Origin: Actinomycetota bacterium
GTDB lineage: Bacteria > Actinomycetota > Thermoleophilia > Gaiellales > Gaiellaceae
Length of the DNA stretch: 64,000 nt
Reading direction: 5' to 3'
Assembly: GCA_005883355.1 (NCBI GenBank)
Contig: VAXG01000010.1
Location: 13,706-77,705 of the forward strand
How positions within the stretch are numbered: position 1 is the stretch's first letter; each line of letters opens with the position of its first letter. Positions 19,944-27,988 of the stretch are shown in pieces. A model generated the notes under the pieces. It had not been told where the DNA came from. It searched no databases and saw nothing but the letters and a program-made list of their open reading frames with translations. Position numbers and translations under genes: made by a program.

Positions 19944-21008
19944 CTACTTCGCGGGCGGGACGATCTTCCCGGCCGCGATCAGCTTCTTGATCGCGTTCAC
20001 CTTCTTGATGATGGCGGCACGGTTCTTCAGCTTTGCGCTGACCTTGCCGTAGCCGATGCCACCGTTCTTGACGTTGAACACCTTGTTGAAGCCCGTCTTG
20101 AAGTTGGCCGGGCTCTTCTTGAACTCCTGCGACGTCAGGTAGACCGCCTTCGCGACGTCCTTGAGGGCGCTCGTCAGCATCTCCGGGCCGAGGTACAGCT
20201 GGTCGGAGTCGACGCCGATCCCCCAGAGCCCCTGCGCCTTGGCCTGGTCGAGAGCACCGAGTCCGCAGCCGCCGGCGACGGCGAAGATGATCTGCGTCTT
20301 CTGGCTGATCTGGTTGAGCGCGACTTCCTTGCACTTCGCCTGGTCGCTGAAGGTCGGATCGTTTGCATAGCTGAGGATGACCGTCGCCTTCGGGTCCGCC
20401 TTCTTCACTCCGGCTCGGTAGCCGCCGAAGTAGCGGACGATTGCCGGCACCGTGTTCGCGCCGATCGCACTGGCGATGTCAGGACCGGGCTGCTGCTTGA
20501 GGACGAGGCCCGCCATATAGCCGACGAGGTAGCCCGCCTCTTGCTCCTTGAACTGGATCCCGCGAACGTTCGCCGGCTTCGACGGAAGATCCGTGTTGTA
20601 GTTGACGTCGATCCCGGCGAACTTCACGTCCGGGAACTTCGGAGCGACCTTGTCCAGTGGATCGCCCATGAAGAAGCCTGTCCCGAAGACGAGCTGGTAC
20701 CCGGCCTGCGCCGCCGCCTGCAGGTTCGGAAGGCGCTCGGCCGACGTCCGTGTGTCGTAGACACGGGTCTGGAATCCGAGCTTCTTCTCCACTTGCAGAC
20801 GTCCCGCGTTGGCGGCCTGGTTGAAGCCGTGGTCGTTGAGACCGCCGACGTCTGTGATGACGGCCATCTTGTACGTGACCTGCGCGGCCTTCCGGACGGT
20901 CGGCGCGCCGACCATGCCGAAACTGGCGCCCGCGAACATCGTGAGTGCGAGCGCCGCCAGGACGACCGATAGCACTGCTGTTCTCCCTCTCAAAACCTCT
21001 CCTCCCAT
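19944..21008 (-). CDS. BMP-family (PnrA/Med-like) ABC substrate-binding protein
   Basis: Signal-like hydrophobic N-terminus. BMP-family blocks (VITDVGGLNDHGFNQ, GTGFFMGDP, IGVDSDQ). Confidence 0.88.
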   Translation of the reverse strand: MGGEVLRGRTAVLSVVLAALALTMFAGASFGMVGAPTVRKAAQVTYKMAVITDVGGLNDHGFNQAANAGRLQVEKKLGFQTRVYDTRTSAERLPNLQAAAQAGYQLVFGTGFFMGDPLDKVAPKFPDVKFAGIDVNYNTDLPSKPANVRGIQFKEQEAGYLVGYMAGLVLKQQPGPDIASAIGANTVPAIVRYFGGYRAGVKKADPKATVILSYANDPTFSDQAKCKEVALNQISQKTQIIFAVAGGCGLGALDQAKAQGLWGIGVDSDQLYLGPEMLTSALKDVAKAVYLTSQEFKKSPANFKTGFNKVFNVKNGGIGYGKVSAKLKNRAAIIKKVNAIKKLIAAGKIVPPAK

Positions 21009-21103
21009 TGGAAACTGCCAGCTCCGGTTTCGACGCCGATCCTACGCCGAAGTTGGGAAAGAGGTGGAGGTCGAAACCCAGAAACCTCGCCGATCCGGCT
21101 GTC

Positions 21104-23266
21104 TTAGAGGGCTACGTGCTCGCCCTCGGGAACAAGCACCCGGCGCGGCTTCGAGCCCTCGTACCCCGAGATGATCCCTCGCCGCTCGAGCATGTCGATG
21201 AGCCGCCCCGCTCTGGTGTAGCCGACGCGAAGCCGACGCTGCAGAAGCGAAACCGACGCGGTCTGTGTCTGGACGACGATGTCGATCGCCTTCTCGAGCA
21301 GCGGATCCTCGTCCGGATCGAACTCGCCGTCCTCTGCGTCCACGTCCTCGGCGAGAGGCTCCGGCAGCTCCAGCAGCGACTCGTCCAGCTCCTGCTCGCG
21401 CTGGTTGCCGCACTGGCTCACGACGAGCGCGATCTCCTCCTCCGAGACGTACGCGCCCTGAACCCGTTGCAGCCGCGACGTTCCAAGCGGCTTGAAGAGC
21501 ATGTCGCCCTGACCCAGCAGGCTCTCGGCGCCCGCCGTGTCGAGGATGACGCGAGAGTCGGTCTGCGAAGAGACCGCGAAAGCGATGCGCGACGGGACGT
21601 TGGCCTTGATCATCCCCGTGATCACGTCGACGGACGGACGCTGCGTCGCGAGCACGAGATGGATCCCGACCGCGCGCGACTTCTGGGCGAGTCGGATGAC
21701 GGCGTCTTCCACCGTCTGCGGGGACGTCATCATCAGGTCGGCGAGCTCGTCGATGACGACGAGGAGGTATGGAAGCGACTGCTCGCCCCGCTGTCGCAGC
21801 GTCCGGTTCGCCTCGGCGAGGTTCCGCGCACGCAGCACGGAGAGCTTCTCGTAGCGCCGTTCCATCTCTGCGACGACGTTCGTGAGCGCAGCGGACGCCT
21901 GCTTCGGGCTCGACACGACCGGTGTCAGCAGATGAGGAATCGTCTCGTAGAACCCGAGCTCGATCCGCTTCGGGTCGATGAGGATCATGCGCACCTCGTC
22001 GGGAGTCGAGCGCAGCAGCACCGAGGTCAGCATCGTGTTGATGCAACCCGACTTGCCCGAGCCGGTCGTGCCGGCGATCAGGAGGTGCGGCATGCGCGCG
22101 AGATCCGCCCAGACGGCGGTGCCGGAGATGTCCTTCCCGAGCCACACTGCGAGCGGGCTCGCCGTCGCGGGCAGGTCGTCGAAGATATCGCCGAGCGTGA
22201 CGAGATTCGGCGAGAGGTTCGGGATCTCCACACCGACCGCCTGCTTGCCGGGAATCGGCGCCAGGATGCGGATCTCCGTCGTCGCCAGCGCGTAGGAGAG
22301 ATCGTCCTTCAGAGCGGCGACCTTCGAGACCTTCGTCCCGGGCGCGAGCTGGAGTTCGTAGCGCGTCACGCGTGGGCCGGAGATCTGGCCGACGATCGTC
22401 GCGTCGATGCCGAAATGCTTGAGCGTCTGGACGAGGGCGGCGGCTGTTCGTTCGGCAATGTCGCCGGACACCTCGTTCGCCGCCGAGGAGCGCCGGAGGA
22501 TGCCGCGATCGGGCAGCTGATACTCCTCGTGCGTCTCGATCGTGCCTACGTCGAAGAGGCTCGTCTGATCCGGATCCTCCGTAGACGGCGGCTCGATCAG
22601 AAGCGGCGGGGGCTGCGTGTCTCCGATGACGTCGGGAAAGTCGTGGACCACGTCGACCGGCGGCTCGTGTGCGCGGAGGGGTATGACCGGCGCCGGCTCC
22701 AGGTCTTCGAGCGGCAGTGCGCGGCGGGCGCGGGTGTGTGCTCGCCGGACGGCGTGGCCCGAGCGGCGGACCAGAGCGCCGGCCGAGGCGCCCGAGAGGA
22801 GCAGGCCACCGATGACGAGCGCGAGCACGCCGACGATCGTCGTCCCTGTCGCGCCGACGAGCATCCCGAAGATCCCCTGCAGCCCGCGGCCGATCGCGCC
22901 GCCGTGATTCGAGCCCAACGCCGCAAGGAGGCCGAAGCTCGTCACCGCCAGACCGGTTCGGAAGGGGCTCACATCGACGAGCTCGCTGCGAGCCACCATC
23001 AGTGCGCCGACCACGACGAGCGCGACCGGCGCGACATACGCGGCGGCGCCGATCGCAGCGACAAAACCGTCGGCGATCCAGCCGCCGACCATGCCTCCGC
23101 TCCAGCCGAGGTAGAGGACCGAAGCGAGGAAGAGCCCGAGCGCGACGAGCCCGAGGCCGATCAGCTCGGGATGCTGCTGGTTCTTCGCCTTCCCTTTGCG
23201 CCGCTTCGTACGGACGCGCGCGGGCAGGCGCGGCTTCAGCGTGCGCTTCTTCCGGCGTCGCGCCAT
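21104..23266 (-). CDS. ftsK: DNA translocase FtsK/SpoIIIE
   Basis: Basic N-terminus plus 4 TM helices, a linker, a motor domain with Walker A GTTGSGKS, and a gamma winged-helix (LLQRRLRVGYTRAGRLIDMLE). Confidence 0.95.
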   Translation of the reverse strand: MARRRKKRTLKPRLPARVRTKRRKGKAKNQQHPELIGLGLVALGLFLASVLYLGWSGGMVGGWIADGFVAAIGAAAYVAPVALVVVGALMVARSELVDVSPFRTGLAVTSFGLLAALGSNHGGAIGRGLQGIFGMLVGATGTTIVGVLALVIGGLLLSGASAGALVRRSGHAVRRAHTRARRALPLEDLEPAPVIPLRAHEPPVDVVHDFPDVIGDTQPPPLLIEPPSTEDPDQTSLFDVGTIETHEEYQLPDRGILRRSSAANEVSGDIAERTAAALVQTLKHFGIDATIVGQISGPRVTRYELQLAPGTKVSKVAALKDDLSYALATTEIRILAPIPGKQAVGVEIPNLSPNLVTLGDIFDDLPATASPLAVWLGKDISGTAVWADLARMPHLLIAGTTGSGKSGCINTMLTSVLLRSTPDEVRMILIDPKRIELGFYETIPHLLTPVVSSPKQASAALTNVVAEMERRYEKLSVLRARNLAEANRTLRQRGEQSLPYLLVVIDELADLMMTSPQTVEDAVIRLAQKSRAVGIHLVLATQRPSVDVITGMIKANVPSRIAFAVSSQTDSRVILDTAGAESLLGQGDMLFKPLGTSRLQRVQGAYVSEEEIALVVSQCGNQREQELDESLLELPEPLAEDVDAEDGEFDPDEDPLLEKAIDIVVQTQTASVSLLQRRLRVGYTRAGRLIDMLERRGIISGYEGSKPRRVLVPEGEHVAL

Positions 23267-23287
23267 GACCGCGACTTCGCCACGCAG

Positions 23288-23412
23288 CCTCCGGCTCCTA
23301 CGCGAAAGCTTCGCTTTCGCTCCGGCTTTGGTGACGCCGCTTCGCGGGGAACGTGCGCGGGCGGAGCCCGCGCACTCTTGTTTGGGTTGCCGCTGGCGGT
23401 TGATGTCAACCG
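23288..23412. repeat. left outer arm of a 468-bp imperfect palindrome
   Basis: Reverse-complement match to 23639-23755, about 80% by eye. Includes a perfect 32-mer (23349-23380 vs 23671-23702) and a perfect 19-mer (23302-23320 vs 23730-23748). Confidence 0.9.
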
Positions 23413-23638
23413 CGGGGGTGGCGGCGCTAAAGGCGTCGCCACCCCCTTAAGTTCGGCCTGCGGTTAGCGCGGCTGCGCCTGCTCTAACCTCCGGCCCGCG
23501 GGATTGCGGGCGGGTTGAGAGCCTTAGATCCCCTCGTGCGGCGTCCCGCTCAACAACCGGAGGGTAAGACCAGGCGAAGCCGGGCTTAGCCGCAGGCGCA
23601 CTGATCTGGGCGCGGCCGCATAAGCGCCCGCGCCCGGA

Positions 23639-23755
23639 CGGTTGACGACAACCGCCAACCGCAGACGCGGCAAGAGTGCGCGGGCTCCGCCCGCGCACGT
23701 TCAGCGCGAAGCGCCGTACCCAATCCCGGGCGAAAGCGAAGCTTTCGCCCGGAGG
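23639..23755. repeat. right outer arm of a 468-bp imperfect palindrome
   Basis: Reverse complement of 23288-23412. The symmetry continues inward (23457-23494 vs 23557-23596) around a centre near 23526. Confidence 0.9.
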
Positions 23756-23758
23756 GGC

Positions 23759-25420
23759 CTACCAGCCCGCCGGCGGGATGATGTAGACGCGGGCGGCGAG
23801 GGGGCCGAAGTTGTCGGAGAAGCCGGTGTCGTCCGCCCCGATGACCTGGCCGCCGCCGACCACGACGGGGGAGCGGCCGGCGATGCCGTCGACGGAGATC
23901 TTCGCCTGGACCGAGGCGCTGCTCGTGTTGACGGCGATCACATACGTTGCCCCGTTGAGCGTACGGGTCGAGACGCGGACAGCACTTACGTCAGAGGTCG
24001 CGGCGCCGACCGGAGCGAGCAACGCCTGGCTCAGTGACTTGATCTCCCGGTTCGTCCGGGCGATCTCCTCGCCGATGTTGCCAGGCCAGCGGTTCGGGAA
24101 GTAGCCGAGTGCGCTCGCGCCGCCCGCGACAGCGAGCCATGCCTCAGCCCGGACCGTCGCCGGCGTCGGGTCGAGTTGCTTGTCCTCGGCGCACTTGTGC
24201 TCCATCGGCGCGACCTCGATCCACTGGAATGTCGGCTTCCCGCCCGACGCGGTGCCCAGCTCTCGCTGCGCGTCCATGACGTCGCCGAATGCGGGACGGC
24301 ACCAGACCTGCAGCGGGTAGAGGTCGAAGCCGACGACGTCCGGGATCGACATCAGCGTCGGGTACATGCCCTTTCCTTGCGGGAGTGGCGTCGCGAGGCT
24401 GTAGAAGTGGTTGGTCAGCGTCAAGAAGCTGATGCGACCTGTCTGCGGCGGGGCGATGCTCTTCGCAAGATCCTGCCTCGTCACGGTGCTCTGCAGGAAC
24501 GCGTCCCACTCGTCCGGGTAGTACCAGCCGATCAACCCGCGCCCGTTGGACGTCCCGGCGTACTCGGCGTTGACGATCGAATACGCGCGGCCGTCGAGAC
24601 GTGTCGAGAGCGTGCTGTCGTTCGTGCTGCAGCCGTCGCCCATGAAGAGGTTGATCCCGTCGTTGATGTTGCTGTTGAAGCCGTCGGAGCACTGGGCCCA
24701 CACGGCTGTCGGGAAGAACGGTCGGTTGTCGACGACGATCTGGCTGCCGTTCGTCGACGCGACGCTGCGATTCGGCATGCCTTGGGTGGTGATCGTCACG
24801 GTCGTGGTCTGCGCACGGTTCCATTCGTCGACCGCATGGAGATAGACCTGATAGGTCGTGCCGAACTCGAGCCCTGTTAGGACACTCTCATGCTCGATGA
24901 GGCTGTCGCCGCTCGGTTGCCCCCAGATCGTGGGCGCGTCGAGGCCGTAGGCGGCCTGAGTCTGAGTGGGCACGTTCGTCTTCCACGTGATTCGCGCACC
25001 GGCCGAGTCGACGGAGACCACCTGGGCGTCGGAGATCGCAAGCGGCTCGAGCGGCGGCGGCGGTGTCTCCGCGTACGAGCGGTCCTGCTGCGGCACGACC
25101 ACGGTGGCAGACCGTGAGCGCTTAGCGGGCTTGGCGGCGGCAAGTCGGACCTGCACGTCGGGCGTCTGCTTCGTTGGCACGCGCGTGAAAGGACGAACGC
25201 GCGGGGACACGTCGGCGACCGGCGTCGCGGCAACCGGACGGTTGAGCCCAGGCACCCGCACGAGCTTCGGCGCGGCAAAGTCGGCGGGCTGCGGGCCGGA
25301 AGCGAATGCAGCTGCGGGCACAGAGTGGGTTCGCTGGATCACGAGGGCGATCCAGATCCCGCCGAGCGCCGTCAGCGCGAGTATGAACGTCCGCAGCCGC
25401 AATTCTCCACTGGATGGCAT
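23759..25420 (-). CDS. membrane-anchored extracytoplasmic protein with an FN3-like domain and an uncharacterised C-terminal domain
   Basis: 553 aa. N-terminal TM helix, Pro-rich linker and an FN3-like segment (ARITWKTNVPTQTQAAYG..TTYQVYLHAVDEW). The ~330-aa Trp/Tyr-rich domain that follows looks glycoside-hydrolase-like, but I cannot assign a family. Confidence 0.7.
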   Translation of the reverse strand: MPSSGELRLRTFILALTALGGIWIALVIQRTHSVPAAAFASGPQPADFAAPKLVRVPGLNRPVAATPVADVSPRVRPFTRVPTKQTPDVQVRLAAAKPAKRSRSATVVVPQQDRSYAETPPPPLEPLAISDAQVVSVDSAGARITWKTNVPTQTQAAYGLDAPTIWGQPSGDSLIEHESVLTGLEFGTTYQVYLHAVDEWNRAQTTTVTITTQGMPNRSVASTNGSQIVVDNRPFFPTAVWAQCSDGFNSNINDGINLFMGDGCSTNDSTLSTRLDGRAYSIVNAEYAGTSNGRGLIGWYYPDEWDAFLQSTVTRQDLAKSIAPPQTGRISFLTLTNHFYSLATPLPQGKGMYPTLMSIPDVVGFDLYPLQVWCRPAFGDVMDAQRELGTASGGKPTFQWIEVAPMEHKCAEDKQLDPTPATVRAEAWLAVAGGASALGYFPNRWPGNIGEEIARTNREIKSLSQALLAPVGAATSDVSAVRVSTRTLNGATYVIAVNTSSASVQAKISVDGIAGRSPVVVGGGQVIGADDTGFSDNFGPLAARVYIIPPAGW

Positions 25421-25455
25421 TACCAGGACGATTTCGGCCTGGGAAGCCCCCGTCT

Positions 25456-26265
25456 TTAATTAGGCGCATAGGCGGCACAAAGCATCCCGAAATAGGTTGA
25501 TGCTTCGTAACACAGAAAATCGCCGCGCCAGCCGTCTCCGAGCGCGCCGTGAAGCATGGCGAGCTGCCACCAGCTGTCGGCCTTCGCGGCCTCCACGAGT
25601 GCCGGATCGAGCTCCAGGATGCCGCTCAGGCGGTTCTCTCGAACGCGCTGGATGACCTGGTCGTCGAAGGTAGCGGCGGCGGGATCGAAACCGTAGGGCC
25701 CGCTCGGGTCATGGGCGTGCCCCTGGTCAGCGCTCGCGATCAGGGCGATCCTCTTGGACGATGCTCCGGCCGCGCGAGCGATCGCGCGACCCGCCCGGAC
25801 GTGCTCGGCGATCGGGCGGTCTCGTGCCGGGCTGACCACCACCGCAGGCACCTGCGGTTCCGAGCGCCCGCCCATGAACCAGAGCGGGATCAGCACGCCC
25901 CAGTCCATCGGCGCCGTCGCGGCTCCAGGATCGTTCGCCCCGAAGCTCGCGCCGACGACGGGAATGCCGTCGTCATGCAGCGCCACGATCGCCTGCGTCG
26001 CGAGCTCGACGTCGACGGGACAGGTGAGCTTCACATCGGGTGCGTCGAACTCGGCCAGCGAGCCGGACAACATTCCCGCGAGCACCACGGCGAAGTGTCC
26101 CTCGACGTGCACGTTGTGTGGCGAGAGCACGATCGTGGCCTCTGGACTTGCCGCGGCGAAGCGTCGCCCGAGCTCGGCGAGAGCGTCGTGTGTCTTCTCC
26201 GCACCGGGAACAGGCGCCTCCGGGAGTGTCCCGTGCGGGGCGATGGCGGCGAAGACGAGACTCAC
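25456..26265 (-). CDS. class III extradiol dioxygenase (LigB/DODA-like) family protein
   Basis: Start set to GTG 26265, overlapping the upstream stop (GTGA). Sequence VFAAIAPHG..SPHNVH..SADQGHAH resembles the metal-binding His pattern of LigB-type enzymes. Function not assignable. Confidence 0.65.
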   Translation of the reverse strand: MSLVFAAIAPHGTLPEAPVPGAEKTHDALAELGRRFAAASPEATIVLSPHNVHVEGHFAVVLAGMLSGSLAEFDAPDVKLTCPVDVELATQAIVALHDDGIPVVGASFGANDPGAATAPMDWGVLIPLWFMGGRSEPQVPAVVVSPARDRPIAEHVRAGRAIARAAGASSKRIALIASADQGHAHDPSGPYGFDPAAATFDDQVIQRVRENRLSGILELDPALVEAAKADSWWQLAMLHGALGDGWRGDFLCYEASTYFGMLCAAYAPN

Positions 26266-27182
26266 TCGAACGAGTTGATGCGCTCGATGAGCAGCTCGAG
26301 GAAGCCGTCCGCGTCCACTCGGACGCCGACGTGCGCGTTCGGGTCGCGGCCCGTTCTCTTCCACAAGTCCACGACCGTGCGCCCGCGACAGAGCTCGGAT
26401 TCGGTGTCGATCTCGACGTTGCGCTTCAGCGTCCCGACCAGATCCCGATCGAGCACGTGCGCGACGGTGAGGGCGTCATGGATCGGTGAGCCGTCGAAGT
26501 CGTAAATCGTGCGATGAAACGTGCCGTAGAAACGCAACAGTTCCGTGACCATCTCCCCCACTCGTCCGGCGAGCCGGCCGATGTGCGCTTGCGTGAAGAG
26601 CGCCTTGTGCGTGACGTCGAGGCCGATCATCGTCACGTCGATGCCGCTTGCGAAGACCCGTGCCGCCGCTTCGGGATCGCACCAGATGTTGAACTCGGCC
26701 GCCGGTGTGACGTTCCCTTCGGCGATGGCGCCGCCCATCAAGACGATCCTTTCCGGGCGCGCGTCGGGGTGCAAGGCGAGCAGGAGTGCGACGTTCGTCA
26801 GCGGACCGATCGGGATCAGCGTCACCGGCCGCTCCGACGCGCGGATCTTCTCGGCGAGGAAGTCGACCGCGTGCTGTTCGACCGGATCGCTCTGCGGCGG
26901 CGGGAGATCGGGACCGTCGAGGCCCGTCTCCCCATGAACCTCCGCCGCGACGAATTGCTCGCGCACGAGCGGCCGGTCCGCACCCGCGGCAACCGGAACC
27001 TCGGGGTGCCCCGCGAACTCGAGTACGCGGATCGCGTTTGCGGTCGTCTTTTCGAGCGTCTGGTTGCCGGCCACGGACGTGACGCCGAGCAGCTCCACCT
27101 CGGGAGAGGCGAGCGCGAGAAGCAGCGCAATCGCATCGTCGTGACCGGGATCGCAGTCGATGAGAATGGGCGTCGCGGTCAC
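26262..27182 (-). CDS. inosine/uridine-preferring nucleoside hydrolase family protein
   Basis: Start set to GTG 27182 (VTATPILIDCDPGHDDA = DxDxxxDD fingerprint), overlapping the ribokinase stop. The longer ORF N-terminus is Arg-rich and non-homologous. Confidence 0.9.
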   Translation of the reverse strand: MTATPILIDCDPGHDDAIALLLALASPEVELLGVTSVAGNQTLEKTTANAIRVLEFAGHPEVPVAAGADRPLVREQFVAAEVHGETGLDGPDLPPPQSDPVEQHAVDFLAEKIRASERPVTLIPIGPLTNVALLLALHPDARPERIVLMGGAIAEGNVTPAAEFNIWCDPEAAARVFASGIDVTMIGLDVTHKALFTQAHIGRLAGRVGEMVTELLRFYGTFHRTIYDFDGSPIHDALTVAHVLDRDLVGTLKRNVEIDTESELCRGRTVVDLWKRTGRDPNAHVGVRVDADGFLELLIERINSFE

Positions 27183-27988
27183 ATTCGGAGTATTGCGTCG
27201 ACGTCGTCCGCGGTCGGCAGTGAGGGCTGCGCCCCGAACAGCGAGGCCGCGAGCGCGCCTGCCGCGCACGCGCGGCGGAGCGCTTCTTGCGGCTCGCGTC
27301 CTTGGAGGAGCGAGACGACGAGACAGGCAGTGAAAGCGTCCCCGGCAGCCGTCCCGTCGATCGCCGTCACGCGCGGTGGTCGTGCACGCGCGATCTCCCG
27401 GCCGCGCTCGAGGAGAACCGCGCCCTCCTCGCCCATCGTCACTGCCATCAGGGGCTGCTCGCCGACGACCTCGGCCTCGTACCGGTTCACCACGAGGAGG
27501 TCGGCCTCGACGACGAGCGGCCGCGCCGGCGCTGCGTTCACGCACAACCATTGCGCCTGCGCCCGCGCTTCCTTCACCGCATCGTCCGGGATCTCCAGCT
27601 GGCAAAGGACGCTTCCGTCCACCGAGAAGCCGCCGACGTGGGCATTCGCGCCGGGGACGACGACGATGACGTTCTCACCGTCATCGGCGACGAGGATGAT
27701 CGCGACGCCCGTGGCCGCGTCGACCTCGCGCACCTCGAGACGAACTCCCGCCGCACGCAGAGCGGCGAGCGCCTCCTCGGCATGGGAATCGGCGCCGACA
27801 CAGCCCACCATCAGGACGTTCGCACCGAGGCGAGCCGCCGCGACCGCCTGGTTGGCGCCCTTTCCGCCCGGGATCCGTTCCAGCGTTGCTCCGGTCAGAG
27901 TCTCGCCCGGTCGCGGCAGCCGCGCGACCCTGGTCACGAGGTCGAGATTGATCGACCCGACGACGGTTAGGCCGGTCTCAGGCAGCAA
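27179..27988 (-). CDS. rbsK: ribokinase (PfkB family)
   Basis: VVGSINLDL, GGKGANQA and the anion-hole motif DGTAAGDAF. Start tentatively TTG 27988, the first in-frame start before the homologous region. It overlaps the upstream gene's end by 11 nt. Confidence 0.85.
   Translation of the reverse strand: MLPETGLTVVGSINLDLVTRVARLPRPGETLTGATLERIPGGKGANQAVAAARLGANVLMVGCVGADSHAEEALAALRAAGVRLEVREVDAATGVAIILVADDGENVIVVVPGANAHVGGFSVDGSVLCQLEIPDDAVKEARAQAQWLCVNAAPARPLVVEADLLVVNRYEAEVVGEQPLMAVTMGEEGAVLLERGREIARARPPRVTAIDGTAAGDAFTACLVVSLLQGREPQEALRRACAAGALAASLFGAQPSLPTADDVDAILRM

Noticed and set aside
20945-23467. 840-aa plus-strand ORF antisense to ftsK. Similar cases are 39402-42266 (954 aa, antisense to pnp) and 26514-28619 (701 aa).
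   Set aside because: These are Arg/Ala/Gly/Pro-rich low-complexity translations with no motifs, lying exactly opposite strongly supported genes. They are typical stop-codon-poor antisense frames of high-GC DNA.
23288-23755. Possible CRISPR array or tandem repeat.
   Set aside because: There are only two repeat copies, they are inverted rather than direct, they are more than 100 nt long and diverged, and no cas genes are in the window.
23267-23758. Considered that the structured 492-bp gap could be RNase P RNA, tmRNA, SRP RNA or a c-di-AMP (ydaO-type) riboswitch. It contains strings such as GUCCGGGC, CCCGGCUU, CAAGAGUGCGCGGGCUCC and GCUAACC.
   Set aside because: The look-alike strings are in the wrong order and spacing for RNase P (the P4 halves are only ~50 nt apart, with no GGUAAGGGUGAAA or ACAGAACCCGGCUUA blocks). 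There is no tmRNA tag or tRNA-like CCA end, and no SRP GGAA/AGCA domain-IV motif. The strings also occur in both inverted units, which no single-copy RNA gene would show.
27183-27605. Long N-terminal extension of the nucleoside hydrolase ORF (track start 27605). The same applies to the extensions of cinA (to 13482), dapF (to 4222), GH4 (to 37396), rpsO (to 42623) and the ABC-2 permeases.
   Set aside because: The extensions are Arg-rich, lack homology to the families, and overlap the upstream genes. In each case an internal ATG/GTG sits at a stop-start overlap or behind an SD, right where the family similarity begins.
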